Positions 26,501-37,880 of a stretch of 64,000 nucleotides of DNA are shown piece after piece. Made by a program: the position numbers and the translations under genes. Positions within the stretch are counted from its first letter, which is position 1. Every line of letters begins with the position of its first letter. The stretch is from Octopus bimaculoides (lineage: Eukaryota): contig NC_068981.1 of NCBI RefSeq assembly GCF_001194135.2, forward strand, positions 193,202,944 to 193,266,943. Reading direction: 5' to 3'. The notes below the pieces were generated by a model. That model had not been told where the DNA came from. It saw only the letters and a list, made by a program, of their open reading frames with translations, and did not search any database.

Positions 26501-27566
26501 CTGTGTCTGCAGAAAAATTTTTGTAGAAAACAATTGTAGACAGCAGTTCTCATTGTAGGACTGGGAGAAGAGAACACACCTGACATGGTTGATTAAGGGT
26601 GCTGAATACCCAATACTCTGGTACCAAATCTGCACATTATAATAGAATATGTTAAATAGTAGTTTCAAATCTATAAGCAATCTAGTGGTTAGCTGAGTGA
26701 CAGAGTTGGTTGAGCACTGGAAATATATCTTGTGGTATCTGGATATCCCTTGGTGCTCTGAATTCAAACATCACCAAAAATGACTTTGCTTTTCCTCACT
26801 TCAGGGTCAATAAAATAAAATATTAGTCAAGTACTGAGGTTGATTTAACTGACTCAATTCATTAATCAAAATTTATGTGCCAGTAGTAAATTGAGAAATT
26901 GATTTTATATGCAATATATGCTACCCTAAGATTATCCATAAGCTCTAATATTAGGAGGTTCACTGTGAACTGACCTAGAGTCCATAAAAAGAGAGTCCAG
27001 CACCAGGAGAGCCAAGAAGAGGGCTCTGCTGGCCCCTAAAACATCAATCCCAATTTCCTTGAATTCTGAAATGAAGCACTCACTCCACCTGGCACCCTGA
27101 AAGCAGTCTTGTTCCACTTTAGCAAATTTCTCACAGAGACTCTGTGTTAGGGTACCCACCCTTTTCCACCAACAAAATAGTAACAAAATGTCCAATGGAG
27201 GATCTTCTATGTGGTTGCTTGACCCTGCTAGATATGAATAATGTACACCTGGAGGCAGGTGTACAAAAAAAGATAAGATTGTCACAGCTGGAGTATCTTT
27301 GACCAAGTAGAACTAATGTGGACTAAATGAAAGTAATAATATAACTTAAGTACCAGTTTCGAACTGGTGTTGATCTAATCGACTGCCCCCCCCCTCCCCC
27401 CAAAATTTTGGGCCTTGTACCTAGAGTAAAAAAAAAACTGAAAAGTACCTGTTTTTTGGACACAAAATGTCTTAAATATTGTAAAATGTAATAGACTAAC
27501 TTTTAATATTTTGTCTGTTTTAAAGAAAAATCAATGAAGGAAGAAAGAAAAGAAGCAATCACTTAC

Positions 27567-27670
27567 CTTATTCTTTTTAAGAGACAAAACAGATGCAGCT
27601 TCTTGGTAATTCTTGCATTCCAGTTGCAGTATTTGATAACTCACAGGACTCTGAGTATCTTTTGCAACAG
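27567..27670 (-). CDS. Candidate coding exon (104 nt): (A)VAKDTQSPVSYQILQLECKNYQEAASVLSLKKNK if read phase 1-0
   Basis: Consensus donor AAG|GTAAGT at 27567 and acceptor gtacccag|CT. Only one frame is open. Confidence 0.5.
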
Positions 27671-27885
27671 CTGGGTACATTTAAATGATATGTGATCATA
27701 AAATAGAACAATATCTTTGAATGATATTTAAACCAAAAGATAGATTAAGCAACTTTGTTTCAAGGAGATTTGCTTCATGAAAGGCTTGATTCAGCTAATT
27801 ACAATAGAAAACAAATCCCTCTCTATGTTGTATCTATGCAAATCCTAAAAGATTAAAGAAATCTGGTATATTAAAACTGTCTTAC

Positions 27886-28003
27886 CATACTTCCATATTC
27901 TTCTGCAGATGCCTTTCCTCAAGATCTTTCTTAAACTTCATATAACACAGTTCTTCATTCTCATTTTCCAATTTCAAAGAGGACTCAGCTGAGAAATTTT
28001 GTG
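27886..28003 (-). CDS. Candidate coding exon (118 nt, phase 1-2): (A)QNFSAESSLKLENENEELCYMKFKKDLEERHLQKNMEV
   Basis: Acceptor tttatttctcttag|CAC and donor ATG|GTAAGA. One open frame, phase-compatible with exon 32383-32553. Confidence 0.65.
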
Positions 28004-28269
28004 CTAAGAGAAATAAATTTTTTCCAGGATATTTTCATATGAAAAATTATGTGTAATTGAAAATAGAAAAATTTATGAAATTGTTTATTTGAATTTAAAT
28101 GTGCAGTATAATATAATTTATTATCTATATNNNNNNNNNNNNNNNNNNNNNNNNNNNNNNNNNNNNNNNNNNNNNNNNNNNNNNNNNNNNNNNNNNNNNN
28201 NNNNNNNNNNNNNNNNNNNNNNNNNNNNNNNNNNNNNNNNNNNNNNNNNNNNNNNNNNNNATATATATA

Positions 28270-28570
28270 AGGTGGTGAGCTGGCAGAATCACTACCATTC
28301 TGGGGAAAATACTTAGTGGCATTTCTTTTGACTTTACATTCTGAGTTTAAATGCCATCAAGATTGACTTGACTTTCTTCCTTTTGAGGTTGATAGAATAA
28401 GTACCAGTCAAACACTGGGGTTGGTATAATCAACTTACTCCTCCCCTGAAGCCACTGGCCTTATGCCAAGATTTGAAACCAAAGTAGTGAGCTGGCAGAA
28501 TGGTTAGCATGCTGGGCAAAATGCTTAGCAACATTTTGTTGACTTTAACTGCCTCCAAGGTCAACTTTGC
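28270..28570 (+). mobile_element. Second tRNA-headed SINE family (GGCGGCGAGCTGGCAGAA head), two partial copies
   Basis: Matches the minus-strand copies at 32013-32249 and 40705-40938. Confidence 0.65.
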
Positions 28571-29624
28571 CTTTCATCCTTTCACCACACTACCAATGTC
28601 TAAAGGAAGGTCAGCTTACTTAGGCCAATATACTGCATGGCTCCAGTATCATCACAGACATTGCTATCAGATTGCCAAGAGCCTCACCAGATACCACAAG
28701 ATATGCCTGGTCTTCTAATAGTTCTGCCCCTCTAACATTCTGGGTTTGTACTCTATCGATCAGCAAAGGATGCAAGGCGAAGTTAACCATAAGCAGGATT
28801 GAACTTAAACACAGAAAATTGGAACAAATATATTATCGCTCTACCCATCACCCTAAAGACTCTGCTATTTCATTGCCTTTGAAAGTAATGGAAAAGATTT
28901 ATGGAGGGTATTACTTGCTGCTAGAAATAGCAGTCAAATAACCATCAAACCACACCCTGACATAGTTTAATGATGTCTATACTAACAAATAATACTCATG
29001 ACATAGAAATTTGTTTAAGATGGCCATATGTGATTTGACAGGGGATTTGATTGCTATTTCTAGCAAATGGTAGTACGTTTTTGTAAATCTTCTATCCTAA
29101 CTTTCAAAAGTAATAAATTAGTTGAATCAATAAGGTACTCGGTAGAGGGATGTGGCATTTGTTCCAGGTCTCTATTGTTTGAGCTGGAATTCTGTCATAG
29201 TCAACACTGTCTTTCATTCTTTTAAAGTCAATAAAGTGCCAGTATCACATAAAAAGCACCCAATACACTTTGAAAGTGGTTAGCATCAGGAAGGGCATAC
29301 AGTCAAAGAAACCATGCCAAAACAGACAATTGTAACCCAGTGCAGCTCTCTGGCTTGTCTATTCCTGTCAAATCATCCAACACTTGCCAGCATGGAAAAT
29401 GGACATTAAGTGATAATGATGGTGATGATGATGATGATGATGAGGTGCAAATTCAGGATGGTGGATTGAGGGAGCTGTTAGCAGATTGGATAAGATGGCT
29501 TGCAGCATTTGTTCCAGTTTTCTGTGTTGTGGCAGCAACTCTGATGACAAGATTGGTGCCATAAGAGATGCATGGAGGCTTTTCCTTGTATAAACACTGG
29601 AGGTGTGTAAAGGGGAGACTTGTA

Positions 29625-30030
29625 TGTATGCTTCCCATACTTATGGTTCTCGGTTCAATCCCACTATCTGACACTTTTTCTTATAGCCTTGGGCTGACCA
29701 AAACCTTGTGAGTAGATTTGGAACTACACGGGAACTAAAATATATATTTATATATGTATGTGTGCGTGTGTGTGCATGTGTGCATGCACATGCACACTTG
29801 TGTATGTGCATGTCTTTGAGTCTGTGTTTGTTCTCCACCAACCCTTGAGGACTGGTGCTGGTGTATTTACATCCCCATAGCTTACCAGTTTGGTAAAAGT
29901 GACCAGTAGGATAAGTAGTTGCCTAAAAAATTATAAGTCCTGGTGTCAATTCATTTGACTAAAAATTCTTCAAGGTGATGCCCCAGCATGGCTGCAATCT
30001 AATGACTGAAGCAGGTACAAGATAAAAGAC
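29625..30030 (+). mobile_element. tRNA-derived SINE copy
   Basis: Same modules as 57636-58062. Confidence 0.7.
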
Positions 30031-30699
30031 GCACAGACACATGGACAACAATGATCAACAGAAGCCTTCTGAACTTTCCTGCATTCAAGCCAGACCTCTA
30101 GTTTGAGTTTTAACTTCCTTTCTTCCTCCTACACATCATGAAATCTCTGAAAAGGCCCCGGGATGCTACCTTTCCCCCAACAGACTAAGCAATTAAATTA
30201 ATAAAAGCAATGAAGGTAATACAGCATTGTGAAAAGCATTGGAGAATCAACAGATCAACATATTATAAAACCTTGCATTAATCCACACTATATCCTTTGT
30301 AGTATTTTAGGTGGAAATTAGATATCTGGAGTATTAAAGGATTAAATGACTAAATCATGAGACTAGATTTAGAGGAAATTAATCTATAAACAAACAAACA
30401 AAATCTCAATTTTCATTTTTACTTTGATGTTAATTTATATTAAATGTTAATTCGTCAAACTATTTCCTTGTGACATTTAGCCTCCACCACTTTAACTGTT
30501 TCTGTCATATAATAAAATAATCATCTCATCTGACCACTCTGGATTGGTCAGTAGGATAACAACAACTGATAGACCAAGTATCATGCTAATGGCAAGGATG
30601 ATGATGATCATGACAGTAGGGGTAGTAGCAGTGGTGGCAGCGTTGGTGGTAGTGTTGGTGGTAGTGGTGGTGATAGTGATGTTGGTAGTTGTTTGAGTG

Positions 30700-31470
30700 T
30701 GGCTGCTGCTGTGGTTGCTGTTGCAGATGAATATTATTCTCAGGTTTGGTCTCTGCACTGGTTTGGTCATGTGATGCAGATGGATGAGGACAGTTGCATA
30801 AAGAAGAACCGATCACTTAAACTGAATGGAAGCTGTGGAAGAGAGCAACCCAGGAAGACACGAGACAAAGTATTCATAGCCAATTTCAAAACACTGAACC
30901 TTACAAAGGTGAAGAAGGACCGAGATATATGGTGCATTGCTGTACACAAGATCTACCCACTACAACAGAATTTGTCCATGAGAGCAGATAGGCAGAGCTG
31001 GTGCCATGGAAAAGCATATGGTGCCACATAAAAAGCACTGGTGATGGTGCCACATAAAAAGCACTGCTGATGGTGCCACATAAAAAGCACTGGTGATGGT
31101 GCTACATAAAAAGCACTGGTGATGGTGCCAGATAAAAAGCACTGGTGATTGTGCCACATAAAAAGCACTGGTGATTGTGCCACATAAAAAGCACTAGTGC
31201 TGGTGCCATGTAAAAAGCACTGGTGATGGTGTCACATAAAAAGCACTGGTGATGGTGCCACATAAAAAGCACTAGTGCTGGTGCCAGATAAAAAGCACCC
31301 AGTACACTCTGTAAAGTGGTTGGTGTTAGGAAGGGCATCCAGTTGTAGAAACCATGTCATCAAAACAGACAAATGGAGCCTGGTGTTGCTCCTAGCCTTG
31401 CCAACTCTTGCCAAACTGTCCCACCCATGCCAGCATGGAGAATGGACATTAAATGATGATGAGGATGACC
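30700..31470 (+). mobile_element. RTE LINE 3' end containing a 26-bp minisatellite
   Basis: LHWFGHVMQMDEDSCIKK...GSCGREQPRKT, then tandem units, then the shared tail and (GAT)n. Confidence 0.85.
31020..31300 (+). repeat. 26-bp tandem repeat, about 11 units (GGTGCCACATAAAAAGCACTGGTGAT)
   Basis: Units counted directly with a 26-nt period. Confidence 0.95.
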
Positions 31471-31819
31471 CACACTTCTACTATCACCACCATCAATGTT
31501 GCTGTCAAATGAGCCACTACATGGTTGCTCAGTCTTTTAAAAATAGCAGCCAAACTTGATGAAGTCACATCTTATCAGCTTGAATAGGGAAGGACACAAT
31601 GAACAATGCTAGAGAGAAGAACAGGGTTGTCATGGTCGGAACTGGAATGTCTTTCGTTATAAGTCTGCTCAATCGGGATTGACCAGGAGCTAAATAACAA
31701 CAGCAAAGAGACAATGAAAGAGTTCCTACAAGGATGCTCAACTTGCTAGAAATAGCAACTGATTTATCTTCTACTCACACTCCACTGTCATGAAAAGTAA
31801 AGAACATATTCTTTTTTTT

Positions 31820-32249
31820 TTTCTACTCTAGGCACAAAGCCTGAAATTTTTTTTGGGGGGGGGGGTAGTCAATTAGATTGACACCAGTGCGAAACTGGTA
31901 CTTAATTTATTGACTCCAAAAGGATGAAAGGCAAAATCGACCTTGGCAGAATTTGAACTCAGAACGCAAAGACAGATGAAATACTGCTAAGCATTTTGCC
32001 CGGCGTGCTAATGTTTCTTATTTCTTTACTACCCACAAAAGGCTACACACAGAGGGGACAAACAAGGACAGACAAATGGATTAAGTTGATTATATCGACC
32101 CCAGTGTGTAACTGGTACTTAATTTATCGACCCCGAAAAGATGAAAGGCAAAGTAGACCTCGGTGGAATTGGAACTCAGAACGTAACGGCAGACGAAATA
32201 CCACCAAGCATTTCACTCAGCATGCTAACGTTTCTGCCAGCTCGCCGCC
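31820..32249 (-). mobile_element. Two adjacent copies of the second tRNA-headed SINE family
   Basis: Minus-strand head GGCGGCGAGCTGGCAGAAACGTTAGCATGC...GAGTTCCAATTCC; body repeated at 31860-32010. Confidence 0.8.
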
Positions 32250-32382
32250 TGAAGTAAAGAACATATTGAACAAAAGTGTTTTAGATCCATATAAAGACAG
32301 GCTGATCAAAACTTGTCTGCCTGAACAACAATGAAACAACAACAACAAAAGTTATAATGACACAACTGATAGAAATACTTAC

Positions 32383-32553
32383 CAAGTTCTTCATTCCCAA
32401 CATCAATTTTATTGGTAACTTTTTCTGTTTTCTTTGTTGAATCAAAATCTTTGTCTTCAAAATTGGGAGATACAAGCAGCTCGAGAAACCGACTTTCAAA
32501 GTCTTCAGTTCTTATAGATTCTGTATCACTACATTCTTCAATTCTACCAATTT
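32383..32553 (-). CDS. Coding exon (171 nt, phase 1-1): (E)IGRIEECSDTESIRTEDFESRFLELLVSPNFEDKDFDSTKKTEKVTNKIDVGNEEL
   Basis: Acceptor tttttattacttttatccatag|AA, donor TTG|GTAAGT, open acidic frame. Confidence 0.75.
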
Positions 32554-32818
32554 CTATGGATAAAAGTAATAAAAACAACTATTTTTGTTTATGTTATAAA
32601 AGTTTAGAAACTTTGAGAGACGCGAAATAATTTGGTTTTAACTATAGAAATAGATAAATGTATAAATAATAGCAGGCTGAATATTGACCAGACATGATTT
32701 TCATGGAGAACAAGAAATGAACAACATTTCGGCTATGATGGTAATGCTTGTTTGCAACCATCACATGATGTCATGACAAGGGTACATACACATAGATGTA
32801 TACATGTATACATACATA

Positions 32819-33031
32819 TGAGGGGATGCTGAAAAGTTCTGGCTTTGGGTCAAAGAAAATGCAGGAGGATAAGTTAATTATGATTTTATTCAGTATATTT
32901 CCCCCTCAGAATCACACACTTATTATAGCAGTCCTTCAGTTTTTCTAAGCCCTGTTAAAGAACTCAGAAGCTTGGGCCTCCAACCAGGCTTTTCACGATA
33001 CCCTTAAAGTCAGAAACTTCACAGCACTTCC

Positions 33032-33032
<1 letters not shown>
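32819..33032. mobile_element. About 210-bp mariner-type MITE
   Basis: Starts after TA with GAGGGGATGCTGAAAAGTTCTGGCTTT and ends AAAGTCAGAAACTTCACAGCACTTCCC (imperfect TIR). An RTE tail is inserted at the right end. Confidence 0.55.
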
Positions 33033-33083
<51 letters not shown>

Positions 33084-33290
33084 GTTTAACGTCTGCTTTC
33101 CATGCTAGCATGGGTTGGACGATTTGACTGAGGACTGGTGAACCGGATGGCTGCACCAGGCTCCAATCTGATCTGGCAGAGTTTTTACAGCTGGATGCCC
33201 TTCCTAACGCCAACCACTCTGAGAGTGTAATGGGTGCTTTTTATGTGCCACCAGCACGAGGGCTAGTCAGGCAGTACTGGCAACGACACA
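33033..33290 (-). mobile_element. RTE tail copy
   Basis: Shared tail sequence with (CAT)n. Confidence 0.8.
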
Positions 33291-33324
33291 TGCACACATA
33301 CATATGCACAGATATATACACATA

Positions 33325-33359
<35 letters not shown>

Positions 33360-33761
33360 GCATATGTAACTATGTAATTATTCAGTTTTATTTTAAGATT
33401 TCCTGCCTATAGAGATAGAGCTGGTTTTTAACCTAGAACTAAGGCTTCTTCATTGGAGTTTCAACAACATAACAGGATATTTTTGTATGTTTGTTGTGAA
33501 ACATTTTAAACAAATATTTGAATGAGCAGAACAACTATACAATAGAATTAGAGGAAAGGTAATGGTTGTAACTGGCCTTATGAATCTTAGGGCTTGAGAC
33601 ATCAATGTCCAGGGATTACTTCTTTTAAACTTATTTGCCTGATATACTTTTGATCCGAGATTTGTTTGATCAGGTTTCAATTGGTTTTAAGCAGCAACAA
33701 CAACAATAGCAACTATTTTTCAGTGATCTTCAAGATATGGTATAAAGTTAAAACAATTTAC

Positions 33762-33893
33762 CATTTACTGGTGCCAAATCATCTGCGTGAAGTCTGTATT
33801 TATTAACTGGCTTGTGTATAAATTTCATTTTCTCATAGACTCTACTGTCCAGTCCATACAACGGGGTCCTCTTTAAATGTTCAAGATAATAAG
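33762..33893 (-). CDS. Coding exon (132 nt, phase 1-1): YYLEHLKRTPLYGLDSRVYEKMKFIHKPVNKYRLHADDLAPVN
   Basis: Acceptor ttatttcttgcttctag|CT and donor ATG|GTAAAT; phase-compatible with 32383-32553. Confidence 0.75.
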
Positions 33894-34492
33894 CTAGAAG
33901 CAAGAAATAAATGCAATCAGATGCAACCAAATACAATCCTGTAGTTGTGCATTTATATTGTAATTTACGCAATGGATTGTTAATTAATAGACAGGCATGA
34001 GCAAGACTAACAAACCACTCAAGTGTGCTATTGTGCTTTTGTCAGTTCATCTCCTATGAGATTGTCTTATCTTTTTATGACTTGATTAAAGACATATCTT
34101 TGTCAAAACAAAAATAGTACCAGCTCATTGTATATTTATCAAAATAATTTTTTTCTTATTTATTTATTCTTATATATGTGTGTTTTATGTATGATTAACT
34201 ACACCTAGGTCCATTACCTATATAAAAAATGAACTGTATCCATTCCATGCCATTCCAAACTTTGAAACCCTGTATACAACCAGCTACAGGCAAATAATGA
34301 GATGCATTATTATCAGACCAAGCAAAACTGAGTTCTGAAAAGTTTCCTGGCAAGACACATCTGCACCAAAGGATACATCACAACCAGTTGTCGAAAATCT
34401 TGTGTGTGGGAGATGGTCCAAGATGGGTTGAAATGAATGTTATGATTAATAAAGTATCTTGTGGACTCCCTTTTCTCTTTCTCTCATTTGTT

Positions 34493-34535
<43 letters not shown>

Positions 34536-34539
34536 AAAT

Positions 34540-35580
34540 CGAAGTGAGCAACATTGTACGAGTTGGCAGAGCTCCTCCAGAAGCACTCTCTTCCTAATGA
34601 TCTCCTTTCCAGCCCCAAAACAGCTGGGCTCTCTTACCACAGAGAAGACCTGGATGGAAAGCACTTGACAAACAAAAAAAGTCTATGTATGGGTATGTTG
34701 CCCGGAAGCTTGAAGAAAGCAGTAGCATTTACAAGAAGTACAACCTCTCTTGGACACAAGACCATTACACCACATTACACTTTGAAGGCTACATGTTTGC
34801 AATCCAGGAACAGGAAATTTCCACAAAGTACCTGGTGAACAAGAGAGACAGTAACGTTTTTATAATTCCAGGGTGCAACCACATGTGTAGGCTATGTCAT
34901 GTTTCTGTGGAAGACATCATGCACGTGATTAGCAGCTGTCCTAAAATGTCATCACGGTACTACTTTCCTGAGTGGCATAATGTTGTTGCTAAAACAATTC
35001 ACAATGCCATCCACAAAAAAGACTGTCCTGAAATAAACTTAGGAAATCCTTCTGTTATGGAATACATTTATAAACACCAACTCAAGGAATACTGGATATT
35101 CCCATCAAACTTCTGTCAAATGTAAACATAACAGGCTGAATATTGTTGTTTGGGACATTGGGACAAAGGTATGTATTGTCAAAGAGGTCAGCTGCCCTTC
35201 AGATATAAATATCTCTTTGAAAATCAAAGAAAAAGAGGATATCTATGGACAACTGTTTCGAAACCTCCAGCTTTTATATCCAGACTATGAATTCATATTC
35301 ATACCGATAATAATCGGAGCACTAGGTTTTGTTAGTAAATGCTTAAAGCAGAATCTGGATAAACTGGGATTTTCTGAAAGAGAAACTGACTGGCTGATTC
35401 GTACATTACAAGTGAAATCTGTGAGTGGAACAGTAAAAATATGCAAGACTTTTCTCAAGTTCCAAATGTGTATTTTTCTGTGTTAACTACATCCCAAAGA
35501 TGGAGCCTTGTATCTTTGTTGGAAACCAGCTCCCTCTTCAGTGGAAGATTTATAATAATTAAAAAATAGAAGAGACATAT
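34540..35580 (+). mobile_element. R4-like LINE 3' remnant
   Basis: EGYMFAIQEQEI...CRLCHVSVEDIMHVISSC (CCHC knuckle), endonuclease motif, FIPIIIGALG. The 3' tail is shared with 43690-43835. Confidence 0.9.
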
Positions 35581-36050
35581 ATACAAACAAAAATATCCCG
35601 TTGTTCATGTTGAAATTCTAGTGAAGGTTAAAAACTGGCTCTTCCTCTATTGGCAAGAAATTTTGAAATAAAACTGAACAATGAAATAAATACATACATA
35701 CATGCATACATACATAGACACATACATAGATATAAATATATATATGTACACAAAGCAGTGTAAATCAGAACTGACATATATTTAAATATGACAAAGCCTT
35801 GCTGTGGGTGAACTAAACATTTACATACATCCTTTGTTCTCTCACAGTAAGGCTCTGTAGGATTTAAGTATATATATGCTTATCTGGGTGTTTGACTGTA
35901 TACCTGCCTGTCTGTCTGTCTAAATATGTATGTATATATATCATGTATATATCTGTGTGTGCTTTTGTGTATATATATATATATATATATTGCATATATG
36001 GTAAAGAAATATACATATAGTATATATGGGCAGTGCATGTATGTGTGTAT

Positions 36051-36091
<41 letters not shown>

Positions 36092-36101
36092 NNNNNNNNN
36101 N

Positions 36102-36144
<43 letters not shown>

Positions 36145-36311
36145 TCAGTGCATAACAACAGAAGGGTTACATTAGATGTTATCCAACAGCAAAATATCTT
36201 TATGGGACTTCACTATCAAATTACATATTAGTTTCTTCTAAAATACGCACACACACATATATCTATGCATATATATAGCTTCATTATTCTTTAACTTTCT
36301 GCTCCACCCAC

Positions 36312-36336
36312 CAGGTTTTGGTTTTTTGGTTTCTCT
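36312..36336 (-). CDS. Candidate 25-nt microexon (phase 0-1): RETKKPKP
   Basis: Acceptor gtctttcttag|AGA and donor CTG|GTGGGT; bridges the phases of 37014-37105 and 33762-33893. Confidence 0.3.
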
Positions 36337-36536
36337 CTAAGAAAGACTATCTTTTAACTGAAATTCAACCATGAAATGCTGGAATTACTTGCATACTTTT
36401 ACAGTGTCTTTTTGAAATTCAGTATGTTAAAGTTGTTTACATTTGTTTATTTATTGTTTCGTCTCTCAGAAATCCCTGATTTTCAAGACAATTTTTATAG
36501 CATTTTTAAACACAACCAACTTTACCAATGTATGTT

Positions 36537-36577
<41 letters not shown>

Positions 36578-37013
36578 GTGCATGTTTGTATGTATATTTA
36601 TGTGTGTGTGTGTGTGCATGTGTATGCGTATTTGTGTGTGCCCTTTCCATGACACTATGTGGGGGTTGGTGATGGGAATGGCATCTGACCATAGAAAATC
36701 TGCCTCAGTGAATTCTATCTGACCAAAACAAGCATGGAAAATTGGAAAAGCAATGATGAGGATGATGAGGATGACGACTAGGATAAGGATGATAGTTGCA
36801 TGTCAGTCTATATCATCAGACAAGTATTTCATGCTTTTGTTACCATATTTCTGTTGAAATTCACTGCTATTACTTCAATTAATTTTGCAAATAATGAAGA
36901 ATTTAGTAGAACAACTTTATCAATATTTAGATGATGCTTGGAGCATAAATTAACATGAAATTTCAATGAAAGGTTTCACTTTAAATCACTTCAAAACAGA
37001 AATTTAGACTCAC

Positions 37014-37105
37014 AGAGACAGGTGCAGGTTCATGCTGATTAGTATTCAAAGGGTTAAAGAACTGAAAATATCTGTGACAATCTGCATTGCAACCCATGTC
37101 ATAGC
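37014..37105 (-). CDS. Candidate exon (92 nt, phase 1-0): YDMGCNADCHRYFQFFNPLNTNQHEPAPVS
   Basis: Donor TCT|GTGAGT and acceptor ctaacttacgacctag|GC. An alternative acceptor tattttcag|TTC lies at 37061. Confidence 0.4.
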
Positions 37106-37387
37106 CTAGGTCGTAAGTTAGGTCAGAAACTATCTCATTAGTAATGATTAATAAGCAATGATTATGACAATACAATTACTTGGTTTGTTGTTACGTATTT
37201 CTTTAAATCTCTCGTCCATGTACAATGCCAAGAGTTTATGGCTGGGGCCAGGGCAGGACATTTCTGAGTTGTTTACTTTCCTTGTCACAGATACCAGGGT
37301 ACCTGTTTAAAGAAAGGGTAAGAAAATAGGGGCAAATTTTAATTTTAAAGCCAAAATGATGAGTAAATATAAAATAATTTCTTTGAA

Positions 37388-37431
<44 letters not shown>

Positions 37432-37880
37432 NNNNNNNNNNNNNNNNNNNNNNNNNNNNNNNNNNNNNNNNNNNNNNNNNNNNNNNNNNNNNNNNNNNNN
37501 NNNNNNNNNNNNNNNNNNNNNNNNNNNNNNNNNNNNNNNNNNNNNNNNNNNNNNNNNNNNNNNNNNNNNNNNNNNNNNNNNNNNNNNNNNNNNNNNNNNN
37601 NNNATGCATGCACACACACACACACATGCGCATGCACGCACGCACACACGCACGCACACACACACACGCACACACACACACACACACGTACACACTCCAC
37701 TCTCACACACATCGTGGACTTTGTAGTCATTGACAACAGATGAGGGTTCTGCAATTTTTTGCTCAACAACCTGCACAGATGATTCAGTTCCAGAGATCAA
37801 ATGTTTGTACTGTACTTTAACTCCCACACTCCATCAAATTGACATTTCCTGTATGTCATTTCAACATGCATAAACATATA

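Noticed and set aside
27242-27265. Perfect 10-bp hairpin TGTACACCTG-GAGG-CAGGTGTACA followed by an A-run
   Set aside because: Terminator-like shape has no meaning in a eukaryotic intron, and it is too short to interpret.
26932-27306. 124-aa minus ORF with a good acceptor at 27248 (phase 1)
   Set aside because: Phase does not match exon 27567-27670 (ends phase 0), no donor found and no recognisable motif; left unresolved.
31020-31300. Regular repeats superficially like a CRISPR array
   Set aside because: Head-to-tail 26-bp units without unique spacers, inside an RTE 3' UTR; no cas genes; eukaryotic context.
37700-37830. Peptide-like frame GVKVQYKHLISGTESS...
   Set aside because: In-frame stop just upstream and no convincing acceptor/donor pair.
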